Positions 28,362-36,977 of a stretch of 64,000 nt of DNA are shown here, piece by piece. Within the stretch, counting starts at the first letter, position 1. Each line of letters opens with the position of its first letter. The DNA lies in the IMG/VR virus record IMGVR_UViG_3300023174_000033, positions 400,606-464,605 of that record. The stretch is one strand, 5' to 3'. A model generated the notes under the pieces. The model saw only the letters and a list, made by a program, of their open reading frames with translations. It was not told where the DNA came from and did no database searches. A program made the translations under genes and the position numbers.

Positions 28362-29107
28362 TTTTGTTTTTTCCATTCTTCAAAGTGATCGATTTGTGGT
28401 TGTGATAATTCAGATCCTATATAACTCATTCCCCTTTCAATACAAGCTTTAGCAGTAGTTCCAATTCCCATAAAACTATCATATACAAGTGAGTTGGGTT
28501 TAGCATAAATATCCATTAACTTAGTAATAAGTTCAGTAGAAAAAGTAGCTTTGTTTAGGGGATTAGAACCATCATTATTTCTAGCTTCAATAAAGTTATA
28601 GATATTCTCATAGTTAGCTTGCCCAGTTCTTTCAATTCTACCAGTTATTTTCTTATTAGCATCAAAGGTTTTGAATTCATTTTTCCTAGAAAAGACAAAG
28701 ATATATTCAACTATTCTTGTAAGTTTATTCTTACTCACATTATTTGGAATAGCATTTGATTTTTTCCAAACGATACAATCTGCTGTAATAAAGTTAGTTC
28801 TTCTAATAATATCAGCGATAACTAACCAAATTAAATGTGTTTTCTCACTTGAATAAGACATATTGTAAAGAACACAACCATTTGGTTTTAATATTTTATC
28901 ATAACCATTAAAGACATCACAAGTCCAGTCAATATATTCTTGGTCTGTTTTGAAGTCTTGGAATATGTCATACCTACTGGAATATTTATCTGCTGCGCCA
29001 ACTCTGGATGTATTATATGGTGGTGATGTAATGACCATATCAACCTGTCCTTGAAGTTCAGGTCTATTCATTGTATCAAAGCAGGATTCGTTATAAATTA
29101 TATTCAT
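28358..29107 (-). CDS. DNA amino-methyltransferase (N4-C/N6-A, beta class)
   Basis: ITSPPY motif IV near the N-terminus, DSFMGIGTT motif I near the C-terminus. Confidence 0.9.
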   Translation of the reverse strand: MNIIYNESCFDTMNRPELQGQVDMVITSPPYNTSRVGAADKYSSRYDIFQDFKTDQEYIDWTCDVFNGYDKILKPNGCVLYNMSYSSEKTHLIWLVIADIIRRTNFITADCIVWKKSNAIPNNVSKNKLTRIVEYIFVFSRKNEFKTFDANKKITGRIERTGQANYENIYNFIEARNNDGSNPLNKATFSTELITKLMDIYAKPNSLVYDSFMGIGTTAKACIERGMSYIGSELSQPQIDHFEEWKKQK

Positions 29108-29493
29108 TTTAGTAGTTGTTCTATTCTTTGGTTTCTTTTTTCTTGTGGTTTTAAAACTGGATTATACTTGAAGTATCTATCAAACTTTAGTAACCAATAT
29201 AGTGAATAAGGGTCAAAGTAAGTGATTAAGTTTCTATTCAAATAAACATTTTTTTGTAGCTCATAATGTCCATTTCTCCATCTATAAAACTTTCCTGTTA
29301 TGTATAGGTTTTCATCTTCAGTTATTGTATTTCCATCAACACTTTCCCAAAGGTAAAACTTTTTATTAGGAAGGTCGTCATATACCTTTTTATAGTATTT
29401 CCATTTATTAAAGTTAGTCATAATAGAAGCAAACACAAATGGAATGAAACTAGCAATGACTACAACAAAAATATTAAAATGTAATGTAATCAT
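29104..29493 (-). CDS. Membrane-anchored hypothetical protein with C-terminal tag
   Basis: N-terminal TM. Ends KRNQRIEQLLK. Confidence 0.75.
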   Translation of the reverse strand: MITLHFNIFVVVIASFIPFVFASIMTNFNKWKYYKKVYDDLPNKKFYLWESVDGNTITEDENLYITGKFYRWRNGHYELQKNVYLNRNLITYFDPYSLYWLLKFDRYFKYNPVLKPQEKRNQRIEQLLK

Positions 29494-29496
29494 TTT

Positions 29497-29817
29497 TTAG
29501 ATAAGGTCTTTATCCTTTAGACGTTTTAGATAGGAAGTAGCACCAGTATCGCCAGACATATACCATTCAAGTTCTTTTGCTCTGAATGCGCAGTTGTTTA
29601 GGTCTTTGATTAGTTTATGAACTTCATTTAAGATAAGTTCTCTTTCTTCTGGTGTTGCGTCACCAATTCTATCATACTCTACCATAGGTCTTTTACCAAA
29701 ACCATTGTGGGTATAATCCTCACCTTCATATTTGCCATCATTAACAAACATATTTTCAATTTCATCAGCCAACATTTGGACTTTGAAATAACCATAATCA
29801 AATGAACCTCCCGACAT
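29497..29817 (-). CDS. Conserved phage hypothetical protein
   Basis: MSGGSFDY...LEWYMSGDTG. TATCTTTG at 29843-29836. Confidence 0.8.
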   Translation of the reverse strand: MSGGSFDYGYFKVQMLADEIENMFVNDGKYEGEDYTHNGFGKRPMVEYDRIGDATPEERELILNEVHKLIKDLNNCAFRAKELEWYMSGDTGATSYLKRLKDKDLI

Positions 29818-29854
29818 AACTTTTATATTTTTTTACAAAGATAAGGGATTAAGT

Positions 29855-30070
29855 TTAATTCTCCAAAATCTTTTGTAAAAAGTATTCTCTAATGATTGAC
29901 TTATCCCAAAAATATTTAGCTGGTATATCTACTCGTCTCCCAAGATTATCAATGGTTAAATAAAGAACACCATGTTCCATTTTTACTTCAACCAATTCAT
30001 ATTCATCACCTAACTTTATATTAGCGTGATTTGCTGGTGAATAGTGTTCCTTAATACATTTGATTATCAT
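29855..30070 (-). CDS. Small VCI-family protein with C-terminal tag
   Basis: IKCIKE...LGDEY...IREYFLQKILE. Confidence 0.75.
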   Translation of the reverse strand: MIIKCIKEHYSPANHANIKLGDEYELVEVKMEHGVLYLTIDNLGRRVDIPAKYFWDKSIIREYFLQKILEN

Positions 30071-30390
30071 AGGTTTAATATCTCATCTATATCATCATCC
30101 CGTTTTTGTTCTTTGGATGGTAGTGCCACATCTACTAAATATACTTTGAAGTTAAGGATTTCTTCTTGGATACTACCATCTTTCATATCATAAAACTCTT
30201 TATAAACAAACTTACCTTGGTAATCATTTGGATATTTACTATTATCTGGCACAAAATCAACAAACTCACCCCTTTGTCTTGGTACACCGCAATAATCATC
30301 AAGATATTCTCTGATGTATTTGAGGGTTGGACCAACACAGATTGGTGTACCATCTTGTAATACCACATGGGAAAATTTTACTACTTTCAT
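30067..30390 (-). CDS. Hypothetical protein with C-terminal tag
   Basis: Ends KRDDDIDEILNL. ATG 4 nt after TATCTTTG at 30402-30395. Confidence 0.75.
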   Translation of the reverse strand: MKVVKFSHVVLQDGTPICVGPTLKYIREYLDDYCGVPRQRGEFVDFVPDNSKYPNDYQGKFVYKEFYDMKDGSIQEEILNFKVYLVDVALPSKEQKRDDDIDEILNL

Positions 30391-30391
30391 T

Positions 30392-30667
30392 TTACAAAGA
30401 TAATATATTTTCTATTTTTTCCTCTCTAATTTCTTCAATTGTTTTGAACTCTGAAATAGGGTAGTAGTATTTGGTTGTTCCCTTATCAGATTTTTCAATC
30501 AAATAATATCTTTTATCATCGTTTATTTTGGATGAAATATGACTACCAAACCAAACATAAGGATTTGTGTAAGGAGCCAAGGTATCTTCTCTTGGTAAGG
30601 CATTATACACTTTACCATCAGTTAATTCATCCCACTCAACATCAGTTTTGATTTTAATAACTTTCAT
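30392..30667 (-). CDS. Small VCI-family protein with C-terminal tag
   Basis: LTDGKVY...FKTIEEIREEKIENIL. Confidence 0.8.
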   Translation of the reverse strand: MKVIKIKTDVEWDELTDGKVYNALPREDTLAPYTNPYVWFGSHISSKINDDKRYYLIEKSDKGTTKYYYPISEFKTIEEIREEKIENILSL

Positions 30668-30903
30668 TCTAATATTTTTTCTATTTGTTTTTCTCTGAAT
30701 TCTATTATATCAATAAAGTATTCGTCAAATGTTATTTTACCAATAGAAAATCTATGTCTGCCAGTATTCACATCATATAGTTCAACTTTTACAGGTGGTC
30801 CAAATCCTTCATTACCATCATAGTTTAGGAAATAAGTAAAAGTATCTCCCTTTTCTACTGGTGTTTCTTTCATTGGTGATTTAATGCAAATACATTTATT
30901 CAT
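30664..30903 (-). CDS. Small VCI-family protein with C-terminal tag
   Basis: CICIKS...FIDIIEFREKQIEKILE. Confidence 0.8.
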   Translation of the reverse strand: MNKCICIKSPMKETPVEKGDTFTYFLNYDGNEGFGPPVKVELYDVNTGRHRFSIGKITFDEYFIDIIEFREKQIEKILE

Positions 30904-31130
30904 TTTAATATTTCATCTAATTGTTGTTGTCTCCATTTAGTTACTTCTACCATCTTAAACCTATCAGTATTAAGCATCCATTCACTAAATTGTTTTACTT
31001 TTAATTTATCATTTTTGGAAAAATAATTACCACTAACAAAAAGAACATTATATATTTTACCAGGTGTGAAATAGTGACACCTTGAATATTCATATGGGTC
31101 GTTTTTAATACAGATATATTTTAGGTTCAT
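30900..31130 (-). CDS. Small VCI-family protein with C-terminal tag
   Basis: YICIKN...FTPGKIY...WRQQQLDEILK. Confidence 0.8.
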   Translation of the reverse strand: MNLKYICIKNDPYEYSRCHYFTPGKIYNVLFVSGNYFSKNDKLKVKQFSEWMLNTDRFKMVEVTKWRQQQLDEILK

Positions 31131-31372
31131 TTTAATAGTTCATCTATTTGTTTTTCTCTGTATTCTTCTATAAAATCAAAATCTTCTATTGGCCAATAGG
31201 AAAACTGGTCTCTATCATCTTCAACAATATAAGACATAATAACTTTATCTTTACCCGCTAAATAAATGTATTGACCTGAACCATATAAAGGTAGTGCTTC
31301 ATATATTTTTCCATAAGTCAATCTTTCCCAGAAAGGTTCATTACCTGGTTTTCTTTTATACCTCAACTTCAT
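31127..31372 (-). CDS. Small VCI-family protein with C-terminal tag
   Basis: LTYGKIY...EEYREKQIDELLK. Confidence 0.8.
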   Translation of the reverse strand: MKLRYKRKPGNEPFWERLTYGKIYEALPLYGSGQYIYLAGKDKVIMSYIVEDDRDQFSYWPIEDFDFIEEYREKQIDELLK

Positions 31373-31620
31373 TTTAATAGTTCATCTATTTGTTTTTGTC
31401 TAAAATCTTGTATATCCTCAAAATGACTTTTGAAATGTTTTTCTATTAGACCAAAGTCATACATACCATCTTTAACATCATAAAGATGAAAAGTTATTTG
31501 GCGATTTCCAAGTGTATCACCAATTTTATCTACTTCATACCAGAACTTATCACCCTTTCTAACAGGTGTTCTTTTTCCTAAAAATTTCCTATCTTTTATA
31601 CACACACAATAATTTCTCAT
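31369..31620 (-). CDS. Small VCI-family protein with C-terminal tag
   Basis: CVCIKD...QDFRQKQIDELLK. Confidence 0.8.
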   Translation of the reverse strand: MRNYCVCIKDRKFLGKRTPVRKGDKFWYEVDKIGDTLGNRQITFHLYDVKDGMYDFGLIEKHFKSHFEDIQDFRQKQIDELLK

Positions 31621-31973
31621 TCTAAAATCTTTTTTATTTTTATTTCTCTAATTGTTTCTTTACTGGCATACCTTTCTATAATAGATTTTTTTGGGTTGAA
31701 AGTCATAGGAGTAACTTGAAAACAAGATGGTTCAGATAGTAATTGGTCTATGGTTTCTTGTCTATATTCGTCAAGTGGTTTGAAATGTTCCAAAAAAATA
31801 TCTGATGGAAGTCCAAGTATATAACGCAACCCACTCACATGGTGGTCTGATTTTTGATAAAGGTTCCATTGTAGTTCTTTTTTCATAGGTGGTAAAACCA
31901 AAAAAACATCACCTATTTTTGGTTTATGTTGAGTATAATACTGCCTATTTTTTATACAAATGTATTGTGTCAT
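31617..31973 (-). CDS. Small VCI-family protein carrying two copies of the C-terminal tag
   Basis: FKPLDEYRQETIDQLL, then IREIKIKKILE. Confidence 0.8.
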   Translation of the reverse strand: MTQYICIKNRQYYTQHKPKIGDVFLVLPPMKKELQWNLYQKSDHHVSGLRYILGLPSDIFLEHFKPLDEYRQETIDQLLSEPSCFQVTPMTFNPKKSIIERYASKETIREIKIKKILE

Positions 31974-32200
31974 TCTAAAAACTTTTCTATTTGTTCTTGT
32001 CTAAATTCATCAATCAATTTGAAATAATATTCTGGTACTACAATTGGGTGTCCTGTATCCGCAGTGACACCATATTGACTATCAAAATGAAAACTCCCAT
32101 AATGTTTAACTTCATAAACCTTTCCAATAGTTAGTATTGCATTTCTACCATTTTTTTGTGGAGTATCCCAGTTTTTATTTCTTATACAAATTGCTTTCAT
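31970..32200 (-). CDS. Small VCI-family protein with C-terminal tag
   Basis: AICIRN...LTIGKVY...DEFRQEQIEKFLE. Confidence 0.8.
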   Translation of the reverse strand: MKAICIRNKNWDTPQKNGRNAILTIGKVYEVKHYGSFHFDSQYGVTADTGHPIVVPEYYFKLIDEFRQEQIEKFLE

Positions 32201-32400
32201 TTAAGTAACTCTTCTAATCTTATATTTCTCAATTCTGTAAGTGGTGTGAACATTTTTTCAATATAATGTTCTTTGGCTCCACCATCATCAACAATATAAA
32301 TCCATACTACACTATTCCTATGGACTTCATAAATCTTACCTGGTGTGATATTAAATTGGATACCATTGGGTGTGATATTGGTTTTACAAACTACTTTCAT
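32197..32400 (-). CDS. Small VCI-family protein with C-terminal tag
   Basis: VVCKTN...ITPGKIY...VDDGG...ELRNIRLEELLK. Confidence 0.8.
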   Translation of the reverse strand: MKVVCKTNITPNGIQFNITPGKIYEVHRNSVVWIYIVDDGGAKEHYIEKMFTPLTELRNIRLEELLK

Positions 32401-32612
32401 TTTCCTAAAATATCATCAATGTTTTTATCCCTTTTATCAGCCTCATAGTTTTCCATAAAGTATTTTATCTGCTCTACTATATTCTTATCATTTTTTTCAT
32501 TATTTTTAATCCTATCTTGTAGAGCAAAAAGTAAGGAATGTATTTGCTCCTTGAAATCTTCTTTTACAAAGAGTTTTTCCAACTTTTCTCTGAATTCTGG
32601 GTCCAAGTTCAT
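32397..32612 (-). CDS. Small helical protein with C-terminal tag
   Basis: Ends KRDKNIDDILGK. Confidence 0.75.
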   Translation of the reverse strand: MNLDPEFREKLEKLFVKEDFKEQIHSLLFALQDRIKNNEKNDKNIVEQIKYFMENYEADKRDKNIDDILGK

Positions 32613-32839
32613 TTTAGTAGTTCTTCTAGTTTTTCTAATCTAACTTCATCAAGGGGTTTAAACCTACCTCTTCTTAAAGCAACCTCAATCCCATCATTAC
32701 CTATTATATAATATACACCATTATCATTAAATGTTGAATTCAGCCTATCTGTAACTTGGTAGATTTTACCAGAAGTCACAAAATCCATACCCAATGCCTC
32801 ATTAGTAACACCAGTATCATCTATACACACAACTTTCAT
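32609..32839 (-). CDS. Small VCI-family protein with C-terminal tag
   Basis: VVCIDD...VTSGKIY...FKPLDEVRLEKLEELLK. Confidence 0.8.
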   Translation of the reverse strand: MKVVCIDDTGVTNEALGMDFVTSGKIYQVTDRLNSTFNDNGVYYIIGNDGIEVALRRGRFKPLDEVRLEKLEELLK

Positions 32840-33045
32840 TTTATTAATTGATTTATCTTATCTTGTCTTATTGATTGGAGTGGTTTAAACATATATTCTG
32901 TATATTCACTATATTTGATTTTATATCCTTTATCATCTATGATATATTTAGCAAAGAAATAGTCATGAGGTGCTGTTATTACTTCATAGATTTTACCTTC
33001 AGTAAAATTAAATATTTTGGTATTTATATTACAAACTATTTTCAT
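32836..33045 (-). CDS. Small VCI-family protein with C-terminal tag
   Basis: IVCNIN...FTEGKIY...IDDKG...SIRQDKINQLIK. Confidence 0.8.
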   Translation of the reverse strand: MKIVCNINTKIFNFTEGKIYEVITAPHDYFFAKYIIDDKGYKIKYSEYTEYMFKPLQSIRQDKINQLIK

Positions 33046-33269
33046 TTTAATAATTCGTCTAACTTTTCTTGTCTATATTGTTCTAACTCAATAAATCTCC
33101 TTTTTGATAAAATCACTATTTTTCCACTATCATCATACAACTTATATGATTGTTCAGAACCATCATCAATTAACTCATATACTCTACCCAAAGTTAAAAA
33201 GATTTCTATTTTATCTGGGTTTTTACCCATCTTAGGAAAGGGATAATCATCTATACATACTACTTTCAT
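33042..33269 (-). CDS. Small VCI-family protein with C-terminal tag
   Basis: Start MKVVCIDD (33269, ATGA overlap). Ends QYRQEKLDELLK. Confidence 0.8.
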   Translation of the reverse strand: MKVVCIDDYPFPKMGKNPDKIEIFLTLGRVYELIDDGSEQSYKLYDDSGKIVILSKRRFIELEQYRQEKLDELLK

Positions 33270-33481
33270 AACAAAGTTTTTTCTAATTGCATTTCTCTCC
33301 ATTCATCCAAAGATACAAATGATTTTGGACTTGTATAAATTGTTTCTCCAATATCATTTGTTATTTTCATAGCCAGTTTATCCTTGTTGGATTTCCAAAT
33401 AGGGTTCCAAGAGTCAAGTGCTTCATATTGTTTCCCATATGTAAGATTGGGACAATTTTCTTTGATAAAAATAACTTTCAT
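33266..33481 (-). CDS. Small VCI-family protein with C-terminal tag
   Basis: LTYGKQY...TNDIG...DEWREMQLEKTLL. Confidence 0.8.
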   Translation of the reverse strand: MKVIFIKENCPNLTYGKQYEALDSWNPIWKSNKDKLAMKITNDIGETIYTSPKSFVSLDEWREMQLEKTLL

Positions 33482-33720
33482 TTTAATAATTCGTCTAACT
33501 TTTCTAATCTAACTTCATCAAGTGGTTTGAACCTGTCCATCCTTAGTGATACTTCTTTACCATTATCACTGATAATATTTACCATATGAATACCTGATGG
33601 TTTATGTATACCACCTTTATTTGGATGGGAAATCATTTCATATACTTTTCCCTCTGTAATATGTTCATGTGGGGAAACCCCACCTTCTCTGATTTTATTG
33701 TTTATACAAACTAGTTTCAT
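33478..33720 (-). CDS. Small VCI-family protein with C-terminal tag
   Basis: LVCINN...ITEGKVY...FKPLDEVRLEKLDELLK. Confidence 0.8.
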   Translation of the reverse strand: MKLVCINNKIREGGVSPHEHITEGKVYEMISHPNKGGIHKPSGIHMVNIISDNGKEVSLRMDRFKPLDEVRLEKLDELLK

Positions 33721-34043
33721 AGGATTTCTTCTATTTTTTTATTCCTAACTTCTTGGATGTTTTCACTATCAACCCATTTATTAAAATCTTCAACTGCGTT
33801 TTCTGAAGCATGTTGGTGGTAATACTCTTGATGTTTCACAAGTGATGGGTCAAGAGTTCCACCTTTCCCATCTGAATATGGAATAGGAACTGGACTTACT
33901 TTATCTTGGATAAGACCAGGATAATGTTTTGTATATCCACAAGGTTTGCAAATAAAACGAATGCATCTATCATAAGAATCGTCTTTGATTTTTCCACCAC
34001 ATTTTGGGCAAGGTTTTAAGTATTGTTCGCTATAACTTCCCAT
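33717..34043 (-). CDS. Zn-ribbon protein (Lar-like CPKCGG...CKPC) with C-terminal tag
   Basis: LKPCPKCGG, CKPCG. Ends VRNKKIEEIL. ATG 4 nt after TATTTTTG at 34055-34048. Confidence 0.8.
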   Translation of the reverse strand: MGSYSEQYLKPCPKCGGKIKDDSYDRCIRFICKPCGYTKHYPGLIQDKVSPVPIPYSDGKGGTLDPSLVKHQEYYHQHASENAVEDFNKWVDSENIQEVRNKKIEEIL

Positions 34044-34047
34044 ACCA

Positions 34048-34062
34048 CAAAAATAATATATA
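34048..34062. promoter_or_regulatory. Back-to-back promoters: TATTTTTG (minus) and AATATATA (plus)
   Basis: The motifs occupy 34055-34048 and 34055-34062 in a 23-nt divergent gap. Confidence 0.6.
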
Positions 34063-34066
34063 ATCT

Positions 34067-34438
34067 ATGAAATACCTAAAAATATTTGAAAGTTTTAATC
34101 AAGGGAAATATTATTGGCCAATAACTGCAACTGAGTTCAATAAGTATGTAGAAACATTTGAATTTACAGAACAAGAAATTGAAGCAATAAAAAGTATCTG
34201 TGATAAAAGATTTACTGAAATGGATTTTGAATTTTATACAAGCTGGGATATACCACCAACTGGTTCAATAAATTTGGAGACAAATACAGGTGGTCAAAAC
34301 TTATATACTATAAGAACAAGAATAGACAAAGAAAATGACGAATATTTCGCAGTCGCATATAATATTGATAGGACACCAGAATATTACAAAGCAGACCAAT
34401 TGGAGGGTCTAATAAAACTTTTGGAAGATATCTTATGA
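34067..34438 (+). CDS. MKYLK-tag, YxCD-family protein
   Basis: MKYLKIFESF...EYFAV...YYKADQLEGLIKLL. Confidence 0.85.
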   Translation: MKYLKIFESFNQGKYYWPITATEFNKYVETFEFTEQEIEAIKSICDKRFTEMDFEFYTSWDIPPTGSINLETNTGGQNLYTIRTRIDKENDEYFAVAYNIDRTPEYYKADQLEGLIKLLEDIL

Positions 34439-34881
34439 AATACCTAAAAATATTTGAAGAGTTTTCTGATTTCTATAAAAAAATACGAAATGACGATATC
34501 AATCCTAAAAAAATCATTGATATTGATTTAGGTATACAGAATATGATAGAATCAAGATTAAAGCACAAATCTACTTTTTCATATTCCATATACCAACCAT
34601 ACATGGGTAGTATGTTGAGAGGAAATCAAAGGAAATTAAAGATTGAAACAGATATAATCGTTACACATGGTTCTCCAGATAAAATGGTAAAACCCTTAAT
34701 CAAAAAACACAATACTATGATTGTTGAGATGGAAGATGAGTGGTTTATAGTTTCTAACCAGACAAGATTTGATGGTGGTGGTTCTTGGGCTACTCCAAAG
34801 TCATTGGATATTGAATTATATGAATGTGACCAAGAAGAAGGACTTTTGGAGTTATTAAAGAAATTAGATATAATAAAATGA
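34435..34881 (+). CDS. MKYLK-tag, YxCD-family protein
   Basis: MKYLKIFEEF...EWFIV...LYECDQEEGLLELL. Confidence 0.85.
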   Translation: MKYLKIFEEFSDFYKKIRNDDINPKKIIDIDLGIQNMIESRLKHKSTFSYSIYQPYMGSMLRGNQRKLKIETDIIVTHGSPDKMVKPLIKKHNTMIVEMEDEWFIVSNQTRFDGGGSWATPKSLDIELYECDQEEGLLELLKKLDIIK

Positions 34882-35312
34882 AATACCTAAAAATATTTGA
34901 AGGTAGTGAAAGTTTTTTTGGAACCTCCAACTATGGTGATTTTGAAATAAATAAACCCGCCCATAAAGTCATATTCAATATGTTCATATGTGATTATGAA
35001 TCACCAAATTGGAAAGAAAATGTTGAAATCCTAAAAGGTATAAACTTCCCAACAAGTATAGAAAAATCAAAAGGTTATCATAAAGGTTTATCTATTCAAG
35101 TTTTACTTGATATGGACATCCAATCAGCAAAAGAGTTCTCTGATGAAATCGTCAATATGTTTTTAGATAAACCACTTATCGTTATTGCTGAGGTAGATGT
35201 AATAATGAAAAAACAACCAATAGGTTATTACTTTGATAAAGACCTATGGGAACCTGGTAGATATTTTGATAAACTAATTGAAAGTGGTGAAAAAGGAGTA
35301 TTTATACATTAA
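34878..35312 (+). CDS. MKYLK-tag protein with an unrelated body
   Basis: MKYLKIFEG start, no YxCD motif. Confidence 0.8.
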   Translation: MKYLKIFEGSESFFGTSNYGDFEINKPAHKVIFNMFICDYESPNWKENVEILKGINFPTSIEKSKGYHKGLSIQVLLDMDIQSAKEFSDEIVNMFLDKPLIVIAEVDVIMKKQPIGYYFDKDLWEPGRYFDKLIESGEKGVFIH

Positions 35313-35754
35313 TTCTATCAATAATTTTTGGTCTTAGAAATGTTTTGATGCTTTTTTCATTTTGTTCTAATATATTTGGTATTGCTGCCATTGAATTATG
35401 ATGTAATCCACGAGCAGGATTTGGATTTATCATTTCAAATGGTCCAATATATCTTTCAAAGTTTTCTAACATTTTAGAAAATATTAAACGATGATCTGAT
35501 GCAAGATACATAATCTGTGGGTAAACATCCCCAAAATGACCCCATTTTACAGTATACATCCTTATATGATTTTTATCCATTGAATTTGGTTCAAAGTGCC
35601 TTCTTGGTCTGAATCCAATAAATCTATTCCATTTTTCTTTGATATAGTTTGGGTCATTAACAAAGACAAGGTTGTCAGTCCACTTTTACATGAGGAAAGT
35701 TATTAAATATAAATTGACTATTCTATTATAGTCAGGATCATTTTTATAAATCAT
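35302..35754 (-). pseudogene. Possible interrupted gene (single in-frame TAA at 35688-35686)
   Basis: ATG 35754 is in frame with track ORF 35302..35580 apart from one stop codon. Confidence 0.45.
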
Positions 35755-35917
35755 CTTCTTTTAGTATTTCATCAATTTTAATTTCTCTATTAACCCACTT
35801 TGGTCTTTTCATATAATCTGGCAAATGTTCCCAATTTTTCTGATGATGTTTAATCATCCACTCATGATATTCCTGGGCGACTTTATCTGGTTTTGTTCCA
35901 ATTTGTTTTTCATTCAT
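35744..35917 (-). CDS. Small protein (57 aa) with C-terminal tag
   Basis: MNEKQIG...VNREIKIDEILKEDDL. ATGA overlap with the upstream gene. Below the track cut-off. Confidence 0.75.
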   Translation of the reverse strand: MNEKQIGTKPDKVAQEYHEWMIKHHQKNWEHLPDYMKRPKWVNREIKIDEILKEDDL

Positions 35918-36114
35918 GATATAATTCTGTCTATTTTTTGATTTCTAAATTCTTCCAATGTAACAAAAAATCTTTTATCCCAGTTAAAAATATCTACCAT
36001 TTTATCACTTTCTCTCTGAACCATATAAAACCCTTTGAAGTCACTTAAAACATTATAAACATTTCCATATTGTAAATAAATGTGATTATCAACTATACAA
36101 ACTACTTGTTTCAT
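35914..36114 (-). CDS. Small VCI-family protein with C-terminal tag
   Basis: VVCIVD...LQYGNVY...EEFRNQKIDRII. Confidence 0.8.
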   Translation of the reverse strand: MKQVVCIVDNHIYLQYGNVYNVLSDFKGFYMVQRESDKMVDIFNWDKRFFVTLEEFRNQKIDRIIS

Positions 36115-36368
36115 TTTAATATTTGCTCTATTTGTTCGTCTCTATATTCTTCTATTGGTTTGAAAAAGTCAAAATGTATATGGATATTTTTCCCATGATC
36201 ATCAATTACTCTACACTTCTTAGGAAGTATCTTTGGTGCAAATTCATAGAGTTCATAGATTTCGTAAACTTTACCAATAGTCAAGTCGTGTTTTCTAAAC
36301 TTCTTCTCACCATTGAAAGATGTGGCTGGATGAATTGTTTGGGTATTTTCTATACAGATAGCTTTCAT
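36111..36368 (-). CDS. Small VCI-family protein with C-terminal tag
   Basis: AICIEN...LTIGKVY...IDDHG...EEYRDEQIEQILK. Confidence 0.8.
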   Translation of the reverse strand: MKAICIENTQTIHPATSFNGEKKFRKHDLTIGKVYEIYELYEFAPKILPKKCRVIDDHGKNIHIHFDFFKPIEEYRDEQIEQILK

Positions 36369-36371
36369 TTT

Positions 36372-36710
36372 TCAAATAGATAATTCTTTTAACTTTTCTT
36401 CTCTAATAGTTCTAGTTCTGAAAGACTCATAACTTTCTTCTTTATTTATGGTAAGTTTTGGTGAATAAATCGCATCCCAATCATCATCAAAGTAATCATC
36501 TAACATCTTAAATAAATCTTTTGCTTTTATTCTTTTCAATGAAAAGGTCCACTCTCTATTATTGGTATGAAAAATCTCACCATCATTTCTTGTAACGACA
36601 ATTCTAAGTCCTGCGTAATTAAAAACCACCCTAAAGTTAGGTGCGATTAATTTACCTGTTTTAACAAAACCCAAGTATTCGAGTATTTCAGTTAATTGGT
36701 CTATTGTCAT
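36372..36710 (-). CDS. Hypothetical protein with C-terminal tag
   Basis: Ends TIREEKLKELSI. Confidence 0.75.
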   Translation of the reverse strand: MTIDQLTEILEYLGFVKTGKLIAPNFRVVFNYAGLRIVVTRNDGEIFHTNNREWTFSLKRIKAKDLFKMLDDYFDDDWDAIYSPKLTINKEESYESFRTRTIREEKLKELSI

Positions 36711-36907
36711 TTTACTATTTCTTCTATTTTATCATTTCTATTATCTTCAATGGATTCGAATATTTCTTTTGGATACCAACCACCTTGATTTAGATCATCT
36801 TTGTAAACCCAATGTCCATCATCTCTACTGGTAGAAGGCACCAATCTATAGTATTTTCCTTCAGTCAAATATCTTATACTTTTGATACATTTGAGTTTTA
36901 TATCCAT
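36707..36907 (-). CDS. Small VCI-family protein with C-terminal tag
   Basis: Start MDIKLKCIK (36907), 4 nt after TATATTTG at 36919-36912. Ends NRNDKIEEIVK. Confidence 0.8.
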   Translation of the reverse strand: MDIKLKCIKSIRYLTEGKYYRLVPSTSRDDGHWVYKDDLNQGGWYPKEIFESIEDNRNDKIEEIVK

Positions 36908-36977
36908 GTTACAAATATAGAAAATAATATTTAAAAAGTAAAAAATTATATATACAAATATAAATATTAATTGGCAA

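Noticed and set aside
26826-36907. Diversity-generating retroelement or integron as the cause of the paralog array
   Set aside because: There is no reverse transcriptase, no template/variable repeat pair differing at adenines, no integrase and no attC-like palindromes. Genes overlap directly with no intergenic sites.
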